Assembly: GCA_028534125.1 (NCBI GenBank)
Contig: CM052817.1
Span: 57,352,001 to 57,416,000 of the forward strand
Reading direction: 5' to 3'
Length of the DNA stretch: 64,000 nt
Origin: Lama glama
Lineage: Eukaryota
Position numbers and translations under genes: made by a program. The stretch's first letter is position 1; each line of letters starts with the position of its first letter. Below the pieces are notes generated by a model. That model did not search any database and was not told the origin of the DNA. It worked only from the letters and a program-made list of their open reading frames with translations. Positions 63,530-64,000 of the stretch are shown piece after piece.

Positions 63530-63625
63530 AATGTGTTTAGGCAAATATTTAACCCCCACCAAGCCTCATTTATAAAATGAGAATTTGGACAAGATGGATC
63601 TTAGGGTCCTTCTGCATCTAAAAGT
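63530..63625 (+). mobile_element. MIR fragment
   Basis: TTAGGCAAATATTTAACC...CCTCATTTATAAAATGAG...GGTCCTTCTGCATCTAA. Confidence 0.55.
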
Positions 63626-64000
63626 CACTGGCTATGTGATGATTTAAGAACATGAAAGAATTACAAGGGTAGGATTTATTTACCACAAGAGGAGAGTCTC
63701 AGTACTGGCTCCTGTCAAGGCCCCCTGGAGAGAGCCCGTCCCTCAGCTGGAGGATTTCCTCTGCCTGTGGAGTCAGCAGCTCTCTCTCACATTTGGAAAC
63801 AGACTTTTAAGTTGACCCTTTTCACTTAAAACCTCATATAAATGTGTTTAGCATCTTTGGGGAACGGGTTTATGCTTTGCTGGTTGTTTCTTTTAAATTC
63901 ATCTTTTCCAATACACTGTTATTGCTTGTCAACACAGACTTGCCCTTTTGCACTTTTAAATAGTTGCCCCAAACTTCACTCCGGTTTCTCCCACTAAAAT

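Larger units (their letters stand above)
23451..64000 (+). other. IGFBP7: IGFBP7 intron 1 (continues beyond the window)
   Basis: GT donor at 23451. No downstream Ig-domain-coding exon 2 was recognised in the ORF track or by eye. Intron 1 of IGFBP7 is tens of kb long in human. Confidence 0.85.

Overview
Mammalian genomic DNA, most likely camelid: this is inferred from three copies of a tRNA-Ala-derived SINE that resembles the camelid family. The one recognisable gene is IGFBP7 on the + strand. Its CpG-island promoter and first coding exon lie at about 22.6-23.6 kb (ATG 22976, splice donor after 23450). The remaining ~40 kb is intron 1, with no exon 2 seen in the window, and the first ~22 kb is upstream sequence. 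Everything else is interspersed repeat (L1, L2, MIR, SINE, MaLR/ERV LTRs, MER DNA transposons), microsatellites and one retroposed U6 snRNA copy. I found no evidence of a new multi-gene system. The most notable items are a long fold-back inside exon 1 covering a known A-to-I recoding codon, a switch in retroelement orientation at the CpG island, two local duplications of apparently non-repeat DNA, and several TSD-bounded insertions. Repeat family names are from recognition by eye, and boundaries without a TSD are approximate.
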